Shown here in pieces: positions 11,704 through 15,150 of a stretch of 15,150 bases of DNA. The stretch is from a virus. Where the stretch lies: positions 1-15,150 of IMG/VR virus record IMGVR_UViG_3300012964_000009; one strand, 5' to 3'. A model generated the notes under the pieces. That model ran no database searches. It had not been told where the DNA came from and saw only the letters and a list, made by a program, of their open reading frames with translations. Each line of letters starts with the position of its first letter. The first letter of the stretch is position 1. The position numbers and the translations under genes are program-made.

Positions 11704-12844
11704 CGGTGATCACTGGGAATCCTTCGTACCTGCTGATGAGAGCATCCGTTTCTTCTGGCTTGACAACCATTTGAGAAAACCGCCCCAACTCGGGGAAGCA
11801 CTCTTCTGTAATTTCTGATTCTTCGTTTCTTTGGTCATATTTTCCCTCATATGTAACTCGTAATCGTTTTACCCATTCCCTATCTTTTTTATCTTTTGGA
11901 TAGTGTCGGAAATTCCATGGCTTTGTTGGTGGATACGAATCGCCATTTTCAAAGACAAAGCGCCCATGCTGCGTTTTGAACTGCATTGGGGAGGGTGGAT
12001 CTCTATGAAGTGCATGGGTGCACCATTTAGAGATATTTCCATTCTCTTCTGACTTGACCATTCCCCCGTGACATATGATATTGAAAAGCATATTTTCACG
12101 GGCTGCTGGGGGAATGTTGGTGTATCCCTGTGCATAGAGGACTTCCCTTATTCCTGCGCTACGAAGTTCAAATGCATTTTCTGTTATGGCTTCGGTTGAC
12201 TTTGTGCGCTCCCCATCACCTGAAACACGCTTGCCTGCCATCGCCCACTGTGATTCGTCAATATGCATGGATGCGGGGAATATGTTTGGCATACTCCCAT
12301 CACGACATCTTTCTGCGAGTCCTTCAAAGAAATCGCATACCCATTCGATCGCCATCTCTTTTCGTCGGAAGAAATTGCGGAATGAAATAATGGTGATGGT
12401 GTCGCGCTCGGGTCTATCGTGACGAGTGCCACGAGAACCCACTGCGATTGATGATAATGCATCCTGGGGATTTGATACGTTTACAATCTCTGGATGATCT
12501 TGGATGGGTTGCCATTTCCCATTGTGGTACTCTTCGATGCAGATGTTACAAGCTGTGGGAAGAATGATCCTGATTTTTCTATCCATGCAAAGTAGGGGGA
12601 GTATTTCTCCCTGCTTGCCGGAATCGAACCATATCTGTGTTTCTAGATGTTTGAGCCAATCGATAAGTGCATACCCCTTATTGGTTTTTCCGGCAGATGT
12701 TACCCCAAAGATGAATATGTGCTTTCCGTGACCACATAAGAATTCATCATAGAATCGTCTGCCCACTGCGGTTGTGATAAAAGTGCGCTGTGATTCGTCT
12801 AACTTTTCTAAAAATTTTGGATGTATTCCGACTGTGCGCCCCAT
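11696..12844 (-). CDS. 382-aa P-loop NTPase, FtsK/HerA/VirB4-like; candidate genome-packaging or morphogenesis ATPase
   Basis: Walker A: GVTSAGKT (12683..12706, ggg gta aca tct gcc gga aaa acc). Walker B-like: SMHIDESQW (D196 E197). Q/R segment: EVLYAQGYTNIPPAARENM. No TM segment. The ATG at 12844 shares a base with the upstream TAA. Confidence 0.7.
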   Translation of the reverse strand: MGRTVGIHPKFLEKLDESQRTFITTAVGRRFYDEFLCGHGKHIFIFGVTSAGKTNKGYALIDWLKHLETQIWFDSGKQGEILPLLCMDRKIRIILPTACNICIEEYHNGKWQPIQDHPEIVNVSNPQDALSSIAVGSRGTRHDRPERDTITIISFRNFFRRKEMAIEWVCDFFEGLAERCRDGSMPNIFPASMHIDESQWAMAGKRVSGDGERTKSTEAITENAFELRSAGIREVLYAQGYTNIPPAARENMLFNIICHGGMVKSEENGNISKWCTHALHRDPPSPMQFKTQHGRFVFENGDSYPPTKPWNFRHYPKDKKDREWVKRLRVTYEGKYDQRNEESEITEECFPELGRFSQMVVKPEETDALISRYEGFPVITDD

Positions 12845-13254
12845 TAGAACACCATCTCTTCACCTTCTGGTTTTATCTTGTCGATTACTTTTGATGTGGT
12901 GATGATATCGGAGAGAACTTCAAAGAGGCCGTCCATTTCCTTCTGGAATGTCTTTTCCTCTCCTGTGCATGTGATTGAACTTTCAAAACGGGGATTATAC
13001 ATTTCCCTGATCTTACCTGTCCTTTCAAATGCATCCTGCATCATGGGCTGGATATCCCTATTGTAATCATCCGCCTTTCCTGCGTATGCGACTTTGGGAA
13101 CGTAGGTTTTGAGGTATGCATAGATTTTATGGAGTGTCTTGCGATCGTTCTCGTAGGTGTCACCTTCTTTTCCGTAGTGTGCGAGCTCAAAGAAGATGAG
13201 AGCGGGGATGCCGGTATATCCCATTCCGGCGGAGACTCTTCTATTGGCTACCAT
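12844..13254 (-). CDS. 136-aa soluble protein, hypothetical
   Basis: The track start at 13293 is TTG. The ATG at 13254 (MVANRRVSAGMGY...) is preceded by GTAGGAGAAAAT (AGGAG, 5-6 nt spacing). Confidence 0.6.
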   Translation of the reverse strand: MVANRRVSAGMGYTGIPALIFFELAHYGKEGDTYENDRKTLHKIYAYLKTYVPKVAYAGKADDYNRDIQPMMQDAFERTGKIREMYNPRFESSITCTGEEKTFQKEMDGLFEVLSDIITTSKVIDKIKPEGEEMVF

Positions 13255-13459
13255 ATTTTCTCCTACACCATGACCAGCCAACATAGAGACCAATGAGGAA
13301 GCCTATTGTCGCTGCGATGTATCCGAAGATCATAAACTGGTGAAAGATTGCTTCCCGCAATTCCATGAACTGAATGGGGGTGAATGTGATGTTGGTCTGG
13401 AGTTTCACCCCCGTGTTAATCAGGGTATCGTATCCTGGGCTACTTGGCAGATTTGTCAT
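13241..13459 (-). CDS. 72-aa tail-anchored small membrane protein, hypothetical
   Basis: The track start at 13477 is TTG. The ATG at 13459 (MTNLPSSPGYD...) is preceded by GAAGAGGAAAGAGTA. C-terminal TM: FMIFGYIAATIGFLIGLYVGW. Confidence 0.55.
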   Translation of the reverse strand: MTNLPSSPGYDTLINTGVKLQTNITFTPIQFMELREAIFHQFMIFGYIAATIGFLIGLYVGWSWCRRKYGSQ

Positions 13460-13889
13460 TACTCTTTCCTCTTCCAAGTATTCTCATATACCAAGGATCG
13501 CTCTCTTCTTTCTCCTCTGGCATCCCTGCATATCCAGAGAGGATATATTTGGGTTTCATCAGGTATGCCCATATGCGATCAAAGTACACTCCGTTTTCGT
13601 TGACCGTTCCAAGTTCATATGCACGATATAACATCAGACGAATTGAACAATTTATACCGGTGCGATTTGTTGCAGAGTGATTGATTGCTTCAAGGAGTGC
13701 TCTCCTAACATTGAATACCGGGCTGATCTTACTTGGTACTCCCATCTGATCCATAAGGAGTTTGGCCATTGCGAGATTGGCAAGCTCGGGATCAACCTGG
13801 TCGGGCCTCCATGCATTAACATCCTTGTGTGTGCTGCTCGGTGCCGGGGGAATGGCGATTTTGGTTTCTGGTTCTTGCGATTTAGGCAT
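13440..13889 (-). CDS. 149-aa soluble protein, hypothetical
   Basis: The ATG at 13889 overlaps the upstream gene by 8 nt. No motif recognised. Confidence 0.6.
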   Translation of the reverse strand: MPKSQEPETKIAIPPAPSSTHKDVNAWRPDQVDPELANLAMAKLLMDQMGVPSKISPVFNVRRALLEAINHSATNRTGINCSIRLMLYRAYELGTVNENGVYFDRIWAYLMKPKYILSGYAGMPEEKEESDPWYMRILGRGKSNDKSAK

Positions 13890-14067
13890 CTGGGTATTCC
13901 TCCCTGAATGAAATCAATTCCTTTTGAATATCGTTCATTCTATCCACAATCTCCTTTCGATCTTGCAATGGCATTGTGATAATAGTGTCTATTTCGTTGA
14001 TGTATCCCTTCAACTCATTGACAAGATCAAAAATGTGTTGCTTTTGTTCCGGTGTTGGTTGTGTCAT
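13882..14067 (-). CDS. 61-aa helical or coiled-coil-like small protein, hypothetical
   Basis: The track start at 14139 lies inside the upstream gene. The ATG at 14067 (MTQPTPEQKQHIFDLVNELKGYINEID...) follows the upstream TGA (14073-14075) by 5 nt. Confidence 0.5.
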   Translation of the reverse strand: MTQPTPEQKQHIFDLVNELKGYINEIDTIITMPLQDRKEIVDRMNDIQKELISFREEYPDA

Positions 14068-14072
14068 GAGTA

Positions 14073-14525
14073 TCACTTCAAAATCTGGCTCATCATCGGC
14101 GCGATGATAAACCATCCCAGAAGAATCCCAATGACGCAACCAATCGCCATATTGCGCAATGACTTATTGAGGTTCATCGCTTCCCCTATATCATCCATCA
14201 TGGAGAGACTTCCAAGTATGTCCTCTGCATCTGGAAGTTCTCTTGGAGTCGTATAGAGATTGCAGGTCTCCCCGGCTGGTGAGAGTGCGTAGCCAGTTGT
14301 GGTGAGCCCTCTGCTATCGATGATTGTAACCTTACGGCTGTCCTTCTTTACTTCGTAGGCTTTTGTCTCCCATGTGTTTTGGAGGCTGTTAGCCCGTAGT
14401 TTGAGATCACCAACAAAATGAATGGCTCCTACCATTCCGCTTTCGTCGATATCATCAATCTTTACGCAGGGCATATTGCGCCCTGATAATTTAAACATCC
14501 ACTGTTCAATGAATTTAATCTTCAT
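14073..14525 (-). CDS. 150-aa tail-anchored membrane protein, hypothetical
   Basis: The ATG at 14525 is preceded by AATAAGGAGGATATTTCC (strong SD) and overlaps the upstream stop (ATGA). C-terminal TM: MAIGCVIGILLGWFIIAPMM. Confidence 0.7.
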   Translation of the reverse strand: MKIKFIEQWMFKLSGRNMPCVKIDDIDESGMVGAIHFVGDLKLRANSLQNTWETKAYEVKKDSRKVTIIDSRGLTTTGYALSPAGETCNLYTTPRELPDAEDILGSLSMMDDIGEAMNLNKSLRNMAIGCVIGILLGWFIIAPMMSQILK

Positions 14526-15150
14526 GGAAATATCCTCCTTATTGTTGCTGGTATGTTGACGAGTGCATAGACAATTTCTATTAGGAATCGCACGAGCGCA
14601 ACCTGATCACTTATCCACTGTCTAAAGAATTTCTCAAGATTGCCCCGCGAATTGCGTGCTGCAAAGGCCATTGTTGCCGTCATGTATGATGCAATGATGA
14701 GATCCAAATTATTGAAGAAGAAAATTGTCCATCGGAGCATCGACTCCATAAAATCCATTACGAATTCTGTAATTTTACGGGCGAACTGGACATATTCATC
14801 TATTGCATCGAGGATACTAGTTATTGCGGCTTTCTCTACTTTATCCCGTGGTGCAACGTAAAGCGCAATCCCCGTTAAGGGTTTGTTAGATGAAAGTGAG
14901 TATTTGTAAATAACCCCCTGTGCTGCATAGAAAGCCATTGCATCTCCGCTGGAATGATATCCATATGTGGAATCATACACGAGGAATCCTTGCGTGTATG
15001 GTGTGGTAGATTTGTCTTTTGCATATCCGATAATATCAATACGTCCAACCTCTTGAAGCCCGACATAATTAACGCTTGATGTATCTCCCCCCAATGAAAC
15101 TTCGGAAAGCTGACAAGGATTTGCAATGGGGCCCGTGTACCCACATGTAC
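14522..15150 (-). CDS. 3' part of the junction-spanning 300-aa gene; C-terminal half carries two hydrophobic helices (membrane anchor)
   Basis: 397 nt (397->1) plus 506 nt (15027->14522) = 903 nt = 300 codons plus stop. The M of track ORF 14522..15094 is an internal TTG (Leu in SLGGDTSS). Hydrophobic segments are WTIFFFNNLDLIIASYMTATMAFAA and ALVRFLIEIVYALVNIPATI. Bases 15028-15150 duplicate 1-123. Confidence 0.8.
   Translation of the reverse strand, partial: TCGYTGPIANPCQLSEVSLGGDTSSVNYVGLQEVGRIDIIGYAKDKSTTPYTQGFLVYDSTYGYHSSGDAMAFYAAQGVIYKYSLSSNKPLTGIALYVAPRDKVEKAAITSILDAIDEYVQFARKITEFVMDFMESMLRWTIFFFNNLDLIIASYMTATMAFAARNSRGNLEKFFRQWISDQVALVRFLIEIVYALVNIPATIRRIFP
15028..15150. repeat. Terminal direct repeat, copy 2 (identical to 1..123)
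   Basis: Same 123-nt string as 1..123; position 15028 corresponds to position 1. Confidence 0.95.

Noticed and set aside
11696-12844. ATPase as an inovirus pI/Zot-type morphogenesis protein, and hence the whole element as a classical inovirus
   Set aside because: The Walker A is not at the N-terminus, and there is no TM segment or periplasmic C-terminal domain. I could not recognise a pV-type ssDNA-binding protein. A filamentous morphotype remains one of three open options, but a Zot assignment is not supported.
2124-14139. ORF-track start coordinates at 2151, 4623, 7193, 8387, 13293, 13477, 14139 and 15094
   Set aside because: Those I checked (2151, 4623, 13293, 13477, 15094) are GTG/TTG codons; the others (7193, 8387, 14139) sit inside the upstream gene or lack a ribosome-binding site. 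Downstream ATGs with SD sites or stop-start coupling (2124, 4617, 7163, 8339, 13254, 13459, 14067, and 397 via the junction) give a more coherent map. The rep start at 9655 (TTG) is left open.
1017-15144. Same-strand alternative-frame ORFs (1017..1226, 6920..7153, 8454..8648, 10823..11017, 10962..11144, 11869..12135, 12184..12462, 14875..15144)
   Set aside because: They are nested in, or heavily overlap, longer minus-strand genes with motif support, in a different frame. They have no independent start signals.

Overview
The window is a complete, circularly permuted replicon of about 15,027 bp. Bases 1-123 are repeated exactly at 15028-15150, and a 300-codon ORF reads straight through that junction. 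All credible genes (about 27, five of them below the 60-aa cut-off of the ORF track) lie on the minus strand. They are tightly packed, with many ATGA/TAATG stop-start overlaps. They appear to form four co-directional transcription units, each opened by a TATA-like octamer; three are followed by a T5 tract and the rep unit runs straight into the next promoter. Recognisable products are: an HUH rolling-circle Rep with motifs I-III, a phage-type N6-adenine DNA methyltransferase (NPPY), an FtsK/HerA-like P-loop ATPase, a small ribbon-helix-helix regulator, and a fibre protein with collagen-like triplets plus a C-terminal S74-type intramolecular chaperone domain. There is also a membrane-protein-rich morphogenetic block. 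It opens with a 94-aa double-hydrophobic protein (candidate major virion protein) and contains two roughly 580-aa sequon-rich surface proteins. I recognise no HK97 or jelly-roll capsid, terminase, portal, integrase, tRNA, rRNA or CRISPR. A 2-kb block of cysteine-rich proteins, including two clear paralogues with PQQPQQ N-termini, has no function I can assign. My best reading is a previously undescribed membrane-associated (pleomorphic, spindle-shaped or filamentous) virus or virus-like plasmid, probably of a methanogen-type archaeon. Host and morphotype are inference only. All homology statements come from motif recognition by eye, not from searches.
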